DNA of 64,000 bases from Candidatus Limnocylindrales bacterium (GTDB lineage: Bacteria; Chloroflexota; Limnocylindria; Limnocylindrales; CSP1-4): positions 50 through 64,049 of the forward strand of contig JBBQJL010000007.1 of the NCBI GenBank assembly GCA_038325875.1, given 5' to 3'. The translations under genes and the position numbers were made by a program. This document shows positions 1 through 8,969 of this stretch, one piece after another (position 1 is the first letter of the stretch; each line of letters opens with the position of its first letter). The notes beneath the pieces are model-generated. The model ran no database searches. It saw only the letters and a program-made list of their open reading frames with translations, and was not told the origin of the DNA.

Positions 1-1
1 G

Positions 2-66
2 CGCCGCGCCGGGGCCTCGGGCCGCGCGCCGGGGTCGGGGCCGCGCGCCGGGGTCGGGGCCGCGCT
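2..66. repeat. GC-rich tandem repeat, ~19-nt period x ~3 (ccgcgcgccggggtcgggg)
   Basis: Read directly: ccgcgcgcc at 22-30 and 41-49, with degenerate copies at 4-10 and 60-65. Lies immediately 3' of the dtd stop. Confidence 0.7.
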
Positions 67-83
67 CGACGGCGCGCGCCGGA

Positions 84-527
84 TCAGCCGGCCGTGTCGA
101 GCCAGATCGTGAACGGGCCGTCGTTGACCAGCTCGACGGCCATCTCGGCGCCGAAGCGGCCGCGGGCGACGGTCACGCCAAGGTCCTGGAGCGCACCCAC
201 GAACCGCTCGTAGAGGCGTTCGGCCAGCTCCGGCGGCGCCGCGCCGGTGAACCCGGGACGCCTGCCGCGTGACGTGTCGGCGAACAGAGTGAACTGGCTG
301 ACGACGAGGATCGCGCCACCGGCATCGGCCAGGGACAGGTTCGTCCGCCCGTCCTCGTCGCGGAAGATGCGCAGCTCGGTGACCCGCCGGGCCAGCGCAT
401 CGCAGACCGCCTCGTCGTCGTCCGGCCCGACTCCCAGCAGGATCAGCAGACCGAGGCCGATCGCGCCGACCGGTTCGTCCTCGACCCGGACCTCCGCCCG
501 ACTGACCCGCTGAAGCAGCGCTCGCAC
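84..527 (-). CDS. dtd: D-aminoacyl-tRNA deacylase
   Basis: Translation VRALLQRVSRAEVRV...LVVSQFTLFADTSRGRRPGF...NDGPFTIWLD matches Dtd hallmarks (SQFTL, NDGP). GTG at 527 is in frame. The longer ORF-track N-terminus is Arg-rich and not coding-like. Confidence 0.9.
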   Translation of the reverse strand: MRALLQRVSRAEVRVEDEPVGAIGLGLLILLGVGPDDDEAVCDALARRVTELRIFRDEDGRTNLSLADAGGAILVVSQFTLFADTSRGRRPGFTGAAPPELAERLYERFVGALQDLGVTVARGRFGAEMAVELVNDGPFTIWLDTAG

Positions 528-544
528 GACCGACCCCTCCGACC

Positions 545-1756
545 CTACCGGCTGAGCAGGCCGGCGGCGCTCCGCCACAGCCCGCCGAGGATGGCCAGCC
601 AGGGCAGCAGATAGAGCGCCGTCGACGCACCGCCGAGCCCGCCGGTCGTGTTCATCCAGTAGGCGAGGGTGCCTCCGAGCCCGGCCACGACCAGCCCCTG
701 GACGACGATCGTCCAGCGGATCCGCCGCCCGAGCCGGGCCAGCGCCCTGCGATCCCCGGCCTCGACCGCCGCTACGCCCGCTTCGAGCTCCTCGTCGGCC
801 GCGTCGTCGACCGCCCGGCGGAACCAGGCCGGCGCATGGATGACCGCCCAGTAGGCGGCCGACGCGTAGAGCAGCCCGCCGAGGATGTCGACGACGTAGT
901 GGTCGGCCAGGTAGACGATCGAGAACCAGACACATACCGAGTACGCCAGGAGGACCCAGCCGACCCGTCCGAACGCTCGACGGGCGAACAGGAACCCCAG
1001 GAACGGGAAGCCGGCATGGAGCGACGGGAACGCCGCCACCTGGTTCGGGTTGATGTCGTAGATCGTGTAGCTGTAGATGTAGCGACCCTCGAACCCGAAC
1101 ACGCTGGCCAGCTGATCGAAGCCCTGCGCCTTGAGGTAGACGATCGCCGGCCGGCCGTCAGGCCCGGGCATGAAGCCGTGCTCGGCCGCGAACCACGGCG
1201 GGGCGACTGGGAGCAGGACGTAGGTCACGAAGCCAGCCATGGCCAGCAGGATCAGCGCCGCCACGAAGTCGTAGTAGACCCGCCGGCGACGCAGCCACAG
1301 GAAGAACCCGACCGCGATCGGCAGCGGGAAGTGCAGGAAGTAGAAGATCGTCCCGACCGACGCCAGGATGTCGGTTCCGGTCGCAGGATGGAGCGCGTCC
1401 TGGAGGACCTCGGTCGGGACATGCCCGAAGAACAGCGCCCGCTCGAGGGCCAGGATGTCGGTCACGTGGACCGCCAGGCCGATGTTGTCGGCGTAGCCGC
1501 GCATCAGCTCGTAGGCGAAGAACAGGCCGATGAACGGGATCCAGTCGCGCAGGAACAGGCGGCCCCGACCGAGCAGCACGGCGGCCAGCCCGAATGCGAC
1601 GAGCAGGACGTCGGGCGTGATCGACACACCGCGGATCAGCATGAGCGCCGACAAGATCACGATGTAGGCCCCGACCGCCCACATCAGGATCCGCTCGTTG
1701 CGTTGCCCCAGGCGGGCTGTCTCGGGTATGTCCGTCGGGTCGAGCGACTCGCTCAC
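545..1756 (-). CDS. PAP2-superfamily integral membrane protein (AUR1/PAP2_C-like), multi-TM
   Basis: The C-terminal part of ORF 545..2818 is hydrophobic, with PSLHAGFPF and DHYVVDILGG motifs typical of PAP2 phosphatases/phosphotransferases. GTG at 1756 overlaps the rpe stop (GTGA); ATG at 1786 is an alternative start. Confidence 0.75.
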   Translation of the reverse strand: MSESLDPTDIPETARLGQRNERILMWAVGAYIVILSALMLIRGVSITPDVLLVAFGLAAVLLGRGRLFLRDWIPFIGLFFAYELMRGYADNIGLAVHVTDILALERALFFGHVPTEVLQDALHPATGTDILASVGTIFYFLHFPLPIAVGFFLWLRRRRVYYDFVAALILLAMAGFVTYVLLPVAPPWFAAEHGFMPGPDGRPAIVYLKAQGFDQLASVFGFEGRYIYSYTIYDINPNQVAAFPSLHAGFPFLGFLFARRAFGRVGWVLLAYSVCVWFSIVYLADHYVVDILGGLLYASAAYWAVIHAPAWFRRAVDDAADEELEAGVAAVEAGDRRALARLGRRIRWTIVVQGLVVAGLGGTLAYWMNTTGGLGGASTALYLLPWLAILGGLWRSAAGLLSR

Positions 1757-2721
1757 GGCGGCGCAGGCACGTAGGCCGTCCGCCATGCATCGGCCTCGGC
1801 GTACGCCGCGGCGCGTTCGGTCGCGTAGCGCTCGAGGGTCAGGGTCTCGACCTGGCGGGGCACCATCAGCTCGTAGTCGCGGACGCCGTCGGGGTTCATC
1901 CGACCGTCGGCCCGGAGCATGATCACCGGGATCCCACCGTCCTCGATGCTCGTGCGCAGCTTCGTCCCGACGTGGAGCGGCAGGCTGGCGATGCTCCGCC
2001 ATTCGTCGCGCGGGATGGGTGGCTTGCCGTGGTTGAGCTCGAAGGCATAGCCCTCGTCGGCCAGGGCCCGGACCAGGCGGACCTCGCGCCCCATGTCGTG
2101 GCCCTTGTGGAACAGGGCCGATCCGACGACCAGGATGTCCACCCCCAGCCCGCCGACGTACTCGGCCGTCTCGCGGTTGATCCCCCCGTCGACGTGAACC
2201 TCGCCGCCGAGCGGCAGGTAGCTCAGGATGTCCCGGGCGCCGACGATCTTGCGCGCCGCGTCGCGCATGAACGACTGACCGCCGAAGCCCGGCTCCACGG
2301 TCATCACCAGGACGATGTCGATGAGCTCGCGGTAGGGCGCCAGCGCCCGGACCGGCGTGCTCGGCTTGAGGGCCAGGCCGGCCGCCCGGCCCGCCTCGCG
2401 GATCTTGCCCAGGGTCGGCGCGATCGGCTCGTCGATCTCGACATGGAGAGTGATCGAGTCGCTGCCGGCCTCGATGAACCGGTCGACGTAGCGACTCGGT
2501 TCGCTGATCATCAGGTGGACGTCGAACGGCAGCTCGGTCCGCGGCCGGAGGTGCTTGACCGTCTTCGGCCCGAAGGTGATGTTCGGCACGAAGTGCCCGT
2601 CCATGATGTCGAGGTGGACACGATCCGCCCCGGCCTTCTCGACCCTCCGGATGGCATGGCCGAGGTTGGACAGGTCGCTGTCGAGGATGCTCGCGGCGAC
2701 GCGAGCTCGTCCGCCGGACAC
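1753..2721 (-). CDS. rpe: Ribulose-phosphate 3-epimerase with ~95-aa C-terminal extension
   Basis: ASILDSDLSNLG...HLDIMDGHFVPNITFG...DVHLM...MTVEPGFGGQSF...HVDGGIN are Rpe signature blocks. The protein is 322 aa, whereas I recall Rpe at about 220 aa. Confidence 0.92.
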   Translation of the reverse strand: MSGGRARVAASILDSDLSNLGHAIRRVEKAGADRVHLDIMDGHFVPNITFGPKTVKHLRPRTELPFDVHLMISEPSRYVDRFIEAGSDSITLHVEIDEPIAPTLGKIREAGRAAGLALKPSTPVRALAPYRELIDIVLVMTVEPGFGGQSFMRDAARKIVGARDILSYLPLGGEVHVDGGINRETAEYVGGLGVDILVVGSALFHKGHDMGREVRLVRALADEGYAFELNHGKPPIPRDEWRSIASLPLHVGTKLRTSIEDGGIPVIMLRADGRMNPDGVRDYELMVPRQVETLTLERYATERAAAYAEADAWRTAYVPAPP

Positions 2722-2726
2722 GCCGA

Positions 2727-3950
2727 TCAGCCGCCGACCGCTCGGAGCGCCGCCGCGCTGTCGCGGACGAGCAGCTCACGGCGACGAGCCACGGCGGGTG
2801 CGGCCGGCTCGCCGGCACGTTCGGCGGCCAGCTGACCGCAGGCAGCCCCGATCTCCTGGCCGCGGTTGCGCCGGATCGTGACCGCGATCCGGTCCGCGCG
2901 CAGCCTCGCCGCGAAACGCTCGATCTGGTCCATCGGGCTGGCCCGCCACGGCGTGTGCGCGACCGGGTTCATCGGGATGAGGTTGACGTGGCACAGGTCG
3001 CCGCAGAGGAGCTCGGCCATGGCGTCCGCGTCGGCCGTGGTGTCGTTGACGCCCTCGATCAGGGTCACCTCGTAGGAGATCCGCCGGCCGGTCGTCTCGG
3101 CGTGGTCCCGGGCGGCTGCCACGACCTCCGCGACCGGCCAGCGCCGGTTGAGCGGCACGAGGACGTCGCGCAGCGGATCACGCGCCGCGTGGAGGCTGAC
3201 CGCCAGGGTGAACTGCGGCCCGAGCTCGGTCAGGCGACGGATCCCCGGGACGACGCCGCTCGTGCTCACGGTGATGTGCCGGGCTCCCAGGCCGAACCGG
3301 CGAGGGTCGGACAGGGCGGTCACCGCGTCGAGCACCCGGTCGAGGTTGAGCAACGGCTCGCCCATGCCCATGAACACGACGTTGGTGAGGTGACGGCCCG
3401 CCACGGTCAGCCGGCGAGCCGCTGCGCGGACCTGGTCGACGATCTCGGCGGTGTCGAGATCGCGGGTGAAGCCGAGCTCGCCGGTCGCACAGAACGGACA
3501 GCCGACCGCACAGCCCGCCTGGCTCGAGATGCATACCGTGTTGCGCTCGCGGTTGGCGCCCCGCGCGGGGTAGTGCATCAGGACGGACTCGACGAGCGCG
3601 TCGTCGGACAGGCGATGGAGCGCCTTCTCCGTCTGGCCGCCGTCGCCCGGCTGGACCTCGGTCTCGGTCAGGGTATCGAAGCGGAACGCCGCATCGAGCT
3701 CGGCGCGCAGCCCAGCCGGCAGCGTGAGGACGTCGGCCGCGGATCGGGCGCCGCCGGCTCCTCCGGCCCAGACCGCGTCGGCGACCTGGCGTGCCCGGTA
3801 CGCCGGCTGGGATCGCGCCGCGAACCAGCCCGACAGCGCGTCAGGATGGAGGCCGGACAGTCCCGGGCGTGGGTCGCGAGCAGCTCCCTCGAGCGGTGGC
3901 TGCGGGCCGGCCGGGGCGTCTGGCGTCTGGACGTCGGTCACGCCCGGCAT
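2727..3950 (-). CDS. rlmN: 23S rRNA/tRNA (adenine-C2)-methyltransferase, radical SAM
   Basis: CISSQAGCAVGCPFCATG radical-SAM cluster motif and GMGEPLLN block. ATG at 3950 lies just downstream of the fmt stop; the longer start at 4043 is possible. Confidence 0.9.
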   Translation of the reverse strand: MPGVTDVQTPDAPAGPQPPLEGAARDPRPGLSGLHPDALSGWFAARSQPAYRARQVADAVWAGGAGGARSAADVLTLPAGLRAELDAAFRFDTLTETEVQPGDGGQTEKALHRLSDDALVESVLMHYPARGANRERNTVCISSQAGCAVGCPFCATGELGFTRDLDTAEIVDQVRAAARRLTVAGRHLTNVVFMGMGEPLLNLDRVLDAVTALSDPRRFGLGARHITVSTSGVVPGIRRLTELGPQFTLAVSLHAARDPLRDVLVPLNRRWPVAEVVAAARDHAETTGRRISYEVTLIEGVNDTTADADAMAELLCGDLCHVNLIPMNPVAHTPWRASPMDQIERFAARLRADRIAVTIRRNRGQEIGAACGQLAAERAGEPAAPAVARRRELLVRDSAAALRAVGG

Positions 3951-3981
3951 TGTCGCACGAGGCCGGGGCCGATCCGGCCGG

Positions 3982-4956
3982 TCACCCGCTGGGACCCCGG
4001 CCGATCGTCGGTCCGCGGCCCGACCCAACGAGCCGTCGGCCACGGCCGCGCAGGAACTCCTCGCCGGTCATCCGCCGCCCACTGGCGGGCTGGACCTCCT
4101 CGAGCAGCAGCCGACCGTCGACCGTGGTCAGGGCCGGCAGCCGGTCATGTTCGGCGAACCGCCCGGGTTCGTCCGATGGCTCGCCCGCCACGGGCGTCGC
4201 CCGCCAGACCGTCAGGCGACCGACATCGGTGTCGATGAAGCTTCCCGGCCAGGGCTGATAGGCCCGGACCTGCCGCGCGAGCTCGATCGCCGGTCGGTGC
4301 GGGTCGAGCAGCCCGTCGTCCTTGCGGAGCGGCCGGGTCAGCGTGGTGGCCGCATCGTCCTGCGACCGCACCGCGAGCGACCCATCGAGCCAGCTCGCCA
4401 GGATCCGCTCGAGGAGGCGCGCACCGGCCTCGGCCGCCCGGGCCTCGATCTCCGGGGCCGCCTCGGTCCCGTCGAGCGGCCAGCCGTCGCTGGCCACGAT
4501 CGGCCCGGTGTCGAGCCCGGCGTCCATCCGGATGACGGTCACCCCGGTCGTCGGGTCGCCGGCCAGGATGGCCCCGGGGATCGGCGTCGCCCCGCGGTGG
4601 CGCGGCAGGAGCGACGGATGAACGTTGAGGATGCCCCGCAGCGGCAGATCGAGGATCGCCTGGGGCACGATCCGCCCGTAGTCGGCCAGGACGCCGAGCG
4701 TTGGCGCCAGCAAGGCGATCTCGGCGATCGCCGCCTCGTCCCGGATGCGGCTTGGCTGAAGCAGGGGCAGGCCCAGCCCCGCGGCCCGAGCCGCGACCGG
4801 CGTGGGCGTCGACCGGTGCTGCCGCCCGACCGGCCGATCGGGAGCCGACACGACCCCAACGAGGGCGACCTCGGGCGCCGCGACCAGGGCGTCCAGGATC
4901 GGGACGGCGAACGCGCCGCTCCCGAAGAAGACGGTCCGCGCCGGGCCGCCGCTCAC
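3982..4956 (-). CDS. fmt: Methionyl-tRNA formyltransferase
   Basis: TVFFGSGAFAVPILDAL...LNVHPSLLPRHRGATPI...GVTVIRMDAGLDTGPI are Fmt motifs. GTG at 4956 chosen; the upstream track residues are Arg/Thr-rich. Confidence 0.9.
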   Translation of the reverse strand: MSGGPARTVFFGSGAFAVPILDALVAAPEVALVGVVSAPDRPVGRQHRSTPTPVAARAAGLGLPLLQPSRIRDEAAIAEIALLAPTLGVLADYGRIVPQAILDLPLRGILNVHPSLLPRHRGATPIPGAILAGDPTTGVTVIRMDAGLDTGPIVASDGWPLDGTEAAPEIEARAAEAGARLLERILASWLDGSLAVRSQDDAATTLTRPLRKDDGLLDPHRPAIELARQVRAYQPWPGSFIDTDVGRLTVWRATPVAGEPSDEPGRFAEHDRLPALTTVDGRLLLEEVQPASGRRMTGEEFLRGRGRRLVGSGRGPTIGRGPSG

Positions 4957-4981
4957 GGTCGGTCGCCGACCATCGCCGGCC

Positions 4982-5518
4982 TCAGGCGAGCGCGCCCTGG
5001 GCCTCGCGGATGGCCTCGGCGTCGTACTCGCCGTCCTCGTCGTCCTCGTCCGGGCCACCCACCGAGATCAGCTCGTCCATCGACTCGAGGTAGTCGATGT
5101 AGAGCTTGCCGTCGAGGTGGTCGAGCTCGTGCTGAAGGGCGCGCCCGAGCAACCCGGAGCCGGCCACCTTGTACTTCTTGCCGTGGCGATCCTGGGCGAC
5201 GACCCAGACCCGCTCATGGCGGGTGACATAGGCGACGTAGCCCGGGATCGACAGGCAGCCCTCGAGGTCGCGGTCGTCGCCGTCGGCCCGGACGATCTTC
5301 GGGTTGACCAGCTCGTACAGCCGGCTCTCGACCTCGACCACGCAGGCCTGCTTGGCCTCCCCCAGCTGCGGGGCGGCCAGACCGACACCGGGGGCATGGC
5401 GCATCGAGTCGGTCAGGTCGTCGAGCAGCTCGTGGAGGTACTTGCCGAAGCTGTCGACGGGTTCGCCCTTGAGGCGCAGGCGGGCGTCGCCCAGGAGGAC
5501 GATCGGTCTCACACTCAT
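4982..5518 (-). CDS. def: Peptide deformylase
   Basis: GVGLAAPQLG, EGCLSIPG and HELDHLDG are the three canonical Def motifs. ATG at 5518 (MSVRPIV...). Confidence 0.93.
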   Translation of the reverse strand: MSVRPIVLLGDARLRLKGEPVDSFGKYLHELLDDLTDSMRHAPGVGLAAPQLGEAKQACVVEVESRLYELVNPKIVRADGDDRDLEGCLSIPGYVAYVTRHERVWVVAQDRHGKKYKVAGSGLLGRALQHELDHLDGKLYIDYLESMDELISVGGPDEDDEDGEYDAEAIREAQGALA

Positions 5519-5553
5519 GGGCGCGAGTATACCGAGACCGAGGCCGGGCTCGA

Positions 5554-6171
5554 CTAGCGGCCCGAAACTCCGAACCGGCGGGCGCCCCGGCCGCTCGGCC
5601 GCACCGGCTCGTTGTCCATCCGCAGGCCTCGAGCCCGAAGGACCCGATCGATCTCGGCGCGGAGGCGACTGCCCTGGGGCTGCTTGTCCAACCATTCGAG
5701 GTAGCCGGGGTCGACCCGGCCGATCTCGCCGATCGACCAGCCGATGTGCCGCCCGAAATCGAGGACGGTCCCCGACGCGTTGCCGGGCGGTGGTCCGGCG
5801 CCACCTTCACCGTTCGGGCCGCGCCGCCAGGTCGGTCGGGACGGGTCCGTCGGTCGACTCGAGGCCGACGCCGGCGTGTGGCTGACCGATCCAGGCGTGA
5901 AGCCCATGGGACGGGATCCGGCTGCGGTCCGGGTGGTCGAGTCGAGGATGACCCCGGCCAGGTGGCTTCGATCGTAGGCGGCGCGCCGCTCGGGATCGCC
6001 CAGGGTCTCCCAGGCCGCGTTCAGCTGGGCCATCCGCGTCCCGGCCGAGGGATCGGTCGAGTGGTCCGGGTGGAGGCGCCGGGCGAGGGCGCGATAGGCG
6101 GCCTGGAGGACGTCCTGGCTGGCATCCTGATGGACCTGCAGGATCGCGTACGGGTCGAACTGGTCGGGCAT
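5554..6171 (-). CDS. J-domain protein with C-terminal DUF3820-like module
   Basis: The N-terminus DPYAILQVHQDASQDVLQAAYRALARRLHPD...AYD is a DnaJ J-domain with HPD. The C-terminus FGRHIGWSIGEIGRVDPGYLEWL resembles the DUF3820/ExoX-C-terminal-type motif, from memory. Confidence 0.8.
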   Translation of the reverse strand: MPDQFDPYAILQVHQDASQDVLQAAYRALARRLHPDHSTDPSAGTRMAQLNAAWETLGDPERRAAYDRSHLAGVILDSTTRTAAGSRPMGFTPGSVSHTPASASSRPTDPSRPTWRRGPNGEGGAGPPPGNASGTVLDFGRHIGWSIGEIGRVDPGYLEWLDKQPQGSRLRAEIDRVLRARGLRMDNEPVRPSGRGARRFGVSGR

Positions 6172-6230
6172 CCCCCGCCGTCTCCGATGTGCTCACCACG
6201 GTCCGGCGAGCCACGCGCGCCGGCGACCCG

Positions 6231-6259
6231 AACGTACGTGCTCACCTAGGGCATGTCAA
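6231..6259 (-). promoter_or_regulatory. Candidate sigma-70-type promoter for the J-domain gene
   Basis: The minus strand reads TTGACA-17 nt-TACGTT about 60 nt upstream of the ATG at 6171. Just upstream are two direct GGTGTGGTCC repeats. Confidence 0.35.
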
Positions 6260-6298
6260 CGGACCACACCACCCGGGACCACACCAGCAGGGATGGAT

Positions 6299-8899
6299 TC
6301 AGAGCAGCGATTCCGGATCGACATCGACCGACCACGGGGCATCCAGCCCGCCGTCCAGGAGGTCGGCCGGCGCTCGACCGCGAAGGACCACGTTCCAACG
6401 CCAACGCCCGGCCCGGCGCCGGATGAAGGCCGGGGCCGGGCCGATCACCGTGACGGCAGACCCGCGCTCGATCGCTCGCGCCCGCAGCAGCTCGGCCGTG
6501 GCGCCGGCCTCACGCTCGGCCGCTTCGGGGTCGGGCAGCCCCACGGTCAGCTTGATCAGGCGCCCGAATGGCGGTGAACCGAAGCGGCGGCGGGCGTCCA
6601 GCTCCGCATCGTAGAACGCGGCCGGATCCGCTCCGACCACGGCCTGGATCGCGGGATGGTCCGGCTGGTAGCTCTGGATGATCGCCCGGCCCGGGCGCTC
6701 GCCGCGACCCGCCCGGCCGAACGCCTGGGCGAGCAGCTGGTAGGTCCGTTCGGCGGCGCGCTCGTCGGGCAGGTTGAGGGCCACGTCGGCGCTGACGACG
6801 CCGACCAGGGTCACCTCCGGGATGTCGAGACCCTTGGCCACAAGGCTGGTCCCGACCAGGACGTCGAGCCGCCCGTCGGTGAAGGCGTCGACGACCCGCT
6901 CGGCGGCGCCCTTTCGCTCGACGACGTCACGATCGAGGCGCCCCACCCGGAGACCGGGGAACCGCTCGCGGACCTCGCGCTCGACCCGCTCGGTGCCGCC
7001 GCCGAGGTAGCGGATCCGGGGGGACGCACAGGCGGGACAGCGGCTTGCCATCGGCGCGGCCGTGCCGCAATGGTGACAGCGCAGGGACCCACCACTGGCG
7101 TGATAGACCAGCGGTCGTTCGCACTCGGGGCAGGCCTGGACGTGGCCGCAGTCTCGACACATCACGACCGAGGCGGTGCCCCGCCGGTTGATGACCAGGA
7201 TCGCCCGCTCGCCATCCGAGGGGTCGAGCGCGACGAGGGCGGAAGCCAGCTCCGCCGAGATCAGGCCACGGTTCCCGGCGGCCAGCTCGGCGCGCAGGTC
7301 GACCACCTCGACCCTGGGCGGGAGGCCGCTCGGACGCTCGGGCAGGACGACTCGCCGATAGGTCCCGTCACGAGCATGACCCATCGTGTCGACCGCCGGC
7401 GTGGCACTCCCAAGGACGACCGCGGCACCGGCCAGCCGACCCAGTTCGAGAGCCACGTCGCGGGCCTGGATCCGGGGTGTCCGGTCGCTCTTGTAGGTGG
7501 CTTCGTGTTCCTCGTCGACCACCACCAGCCCGACGTCGGCCAGCGGCGCCACGACCGACAGCCGCGTCCCGACGACGATGTCGACCTCGCCGGCCCGGAT
7601 CCGTCGCCATTCGTCGGTCCGCTCCCCTGCCCCGACGGCCGAGTGGACCAGCGCGACCCGGGCGTCGAGGTCCGCCCGGAGGCGATCCACGAGCGGCATC
7701 GCCAGGGCGATCTCCGGGACGAGGACGAGGGCGGGCCGTCCGGCGGCGAGACAGTCCCGGATCGCTTCCGCATAGACTGCCGTCTTGCCGCCCCCGGTCA
7801 CCCCGTCCAACAGAAGCGGCGTCGGGTCCCGCTCGGCGATCGCGGTCTGGATCAGGGCGACTGCGTTCGCCTGCGGCTCGGTCAGGGTCACCCCACTCGG
7901 GCGGCCGCCACGCGGTCCGGCCGGTCGCGCTCCGAGTGGACGGCGCGGTCGTTCGCGGATCTCGGTGACCAGCAGGCCGCGGCGGACCAGACCGGCCAGG
8001 GCCGACGTCCCGTGGCGGCCCGCCAGGATGGCCGCCGGCAGGCCGTCCGGCCCCGCGTCCAGCTCGTCGAGCAGGGCGACCTGACGGGGACCGAGGGGGC
8101 GACCGGTCAGACGTCCACCGGCCCGGAGCGTCGCCGCCGCGGCGTGCCCAGCATCGGTCGACCGCGCCCAGCGCTCGTAGCGCGGACCGCCGGTCGCCGC
8201 CAGGAGCGTCCAGTCGAGGTCCAGCCGACCTCCCGCGGCCAGCCCACGCAACCGGCGCAGGAGCCCGGCTCGGCCCTCGGGTGCTGCCAGGTCACGGACC
8301 GGGCGCGGCCCGTCGGCCAGCTGGTCGAGGATGGCGCGATCGGCCGGCCCGAGCTCCTCACCGTCCGGGCCGCCGGCGATGGTGACCGGCAGCACGTCCG
8401 GTCGCGATTCGGCGACGAGCTCGAGCCGCTCGAGGATCCCTGGCGGGAGCATCGACCGGATGACGGTCCCGGGCGGGACCAGGTAGGTCGCGGCGATCCG
8501 CTCGGCGAGGGCGAGCGTCAGCGGCGGCAGGAGCGGGCCGTCGGCCCGGATCCGGTCGACGATCGGTCGGATCGACGACGCCGCCGGTCCGCTGCCGGGA
8601 TCGGTGGCGGCCCCGAGGACGACCCCGAGCGCCTGGCGCTTGCCGAAGTCCACCAGCACCGCCTCGCCGGGCTCGAGATCGGCCAGCCGGGGTGGGACGG
8701 CGTAGGTGTACCGCCGCGCTCCCGCGCCCGGAGCGTCGACGGCGACCTCGACCAGGCGCGGACCGACCTCGGAGGCCGGGGCTCCGCCGGCCACGGTCAC
8801 GCCGCTGACCCCGGCCTCGGACTCTCCCGCCAGACCGAGGTCGAGCTCGACCGAACTGTCGCTCCCGTGTCGTCCGCCGGTCGTGGTCATGGCCGCCAT
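6299..8899 (-). CDS. priA: Primosomal protein N' (replication restart helicase PriA)
   Basis: LLLDGVTGGGKTAVY Walker A, VVVDEEHE box, and the Cys-rich zinc region CRDCGHVQACPECERPLVYH...CHHCG...CPACAS. ATG at 8899 (MAAMTTT). Confidence 0.92.
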   Translation of the reverse strand: MAAMTTTGGRHGSDSSVELDLGLAGESEAGVSGVTVAGGAPASEVGPRLVEVAVDAPGAGARRYTYAVPPRLADLEPGEAVLVDFGKRQALGVVLGAATDPGSGPAASSIRPIVDRIRADGPLLPPLTLALAERIAATYLVPPGTVIRSMLPPGILERLELVAESRPDVLPVTIAGGPDGEELGPADRAILDQLADGPRPVRDLAAPEGRAGLLRRLRGLAAGGRLDLDWTLLAATGGPRYERWARSTDAGHAAAATLRAGGRLTGRPLGPRQVALLDELDAGPDGLPAAILAGRHGTSALAGLVRRGLLVTEIRERPRRPLGARPAGPRGGRPSGVTLTEPQANAVALIQTAIAERDPTPLLLDGVTGGGKTAVYAEAIRDCLAAGRPALVLVPEIALAMPLVDRLRADLDARVALVHSAVGAGERTDEWRRIRAGEVDIVVGTRLSVVAPLADVGLVVVDEEHEATYKSDRTPRIQARDVALELGRLAGAAVVLGSATPAVDTMGHARDGTYRRVVLPERPSGLPPRVEVVDLRAELAAGNRGLISAELASALVALDPSDGERAILVINRRGTASVVMCRDCGHVQACPECERPLVYHASGGSLRCHHCGTAAPMASRCPACASPRIRYLGGGTERVEREVRERFPGLRVGRLDRDVVERKGAAERVVDAFTDGRLDVLVGTSLVAKGLDIPEVTLVGVVSADVALNLPDERAAERTYQLLAQAFGRAGRGERPGRAIIQSYQPDHPAIQAVVGADPAAFYDAELDARRRFGSPPFGRLIKLTVGLPDPEAAEREAGATAELLRARAIERGSAVTVIGPAPAFIRRRAGRWRWNVVLRGRAPADLLDGGLDAPWSVDVDPESLL

Positions 8900-8969
8900 T
8901 CTCGCAGGCGAGTGTGCCTCCTCGGCCGGCAGCGGTCCCGGGCCGGCCCGTGAGCCGTCCGCCCGTCCA

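Noticed and set aside
836-1774. Long ORFs antisense to, or out of frame with, clearly identified genes. Examples: 836..1774+, 1972..2835+, 2955..4238+, 6656..8953+, 11693..13702-, 19196..20860+, 35778..37502+, 45371..47551+, 47904..49649+, 49643..51385+, 52125..53354-, 58326..60497+, 61876..63030-.
   Set aside because: Their translations are Arg/Pro/Gly/Asp-rich low-complexity strings with no motifs. They overlap genes that have unmistakable family signatures on the other strand or frame. This is the expected shadow-ORF artefact of ~70% GC DNA.
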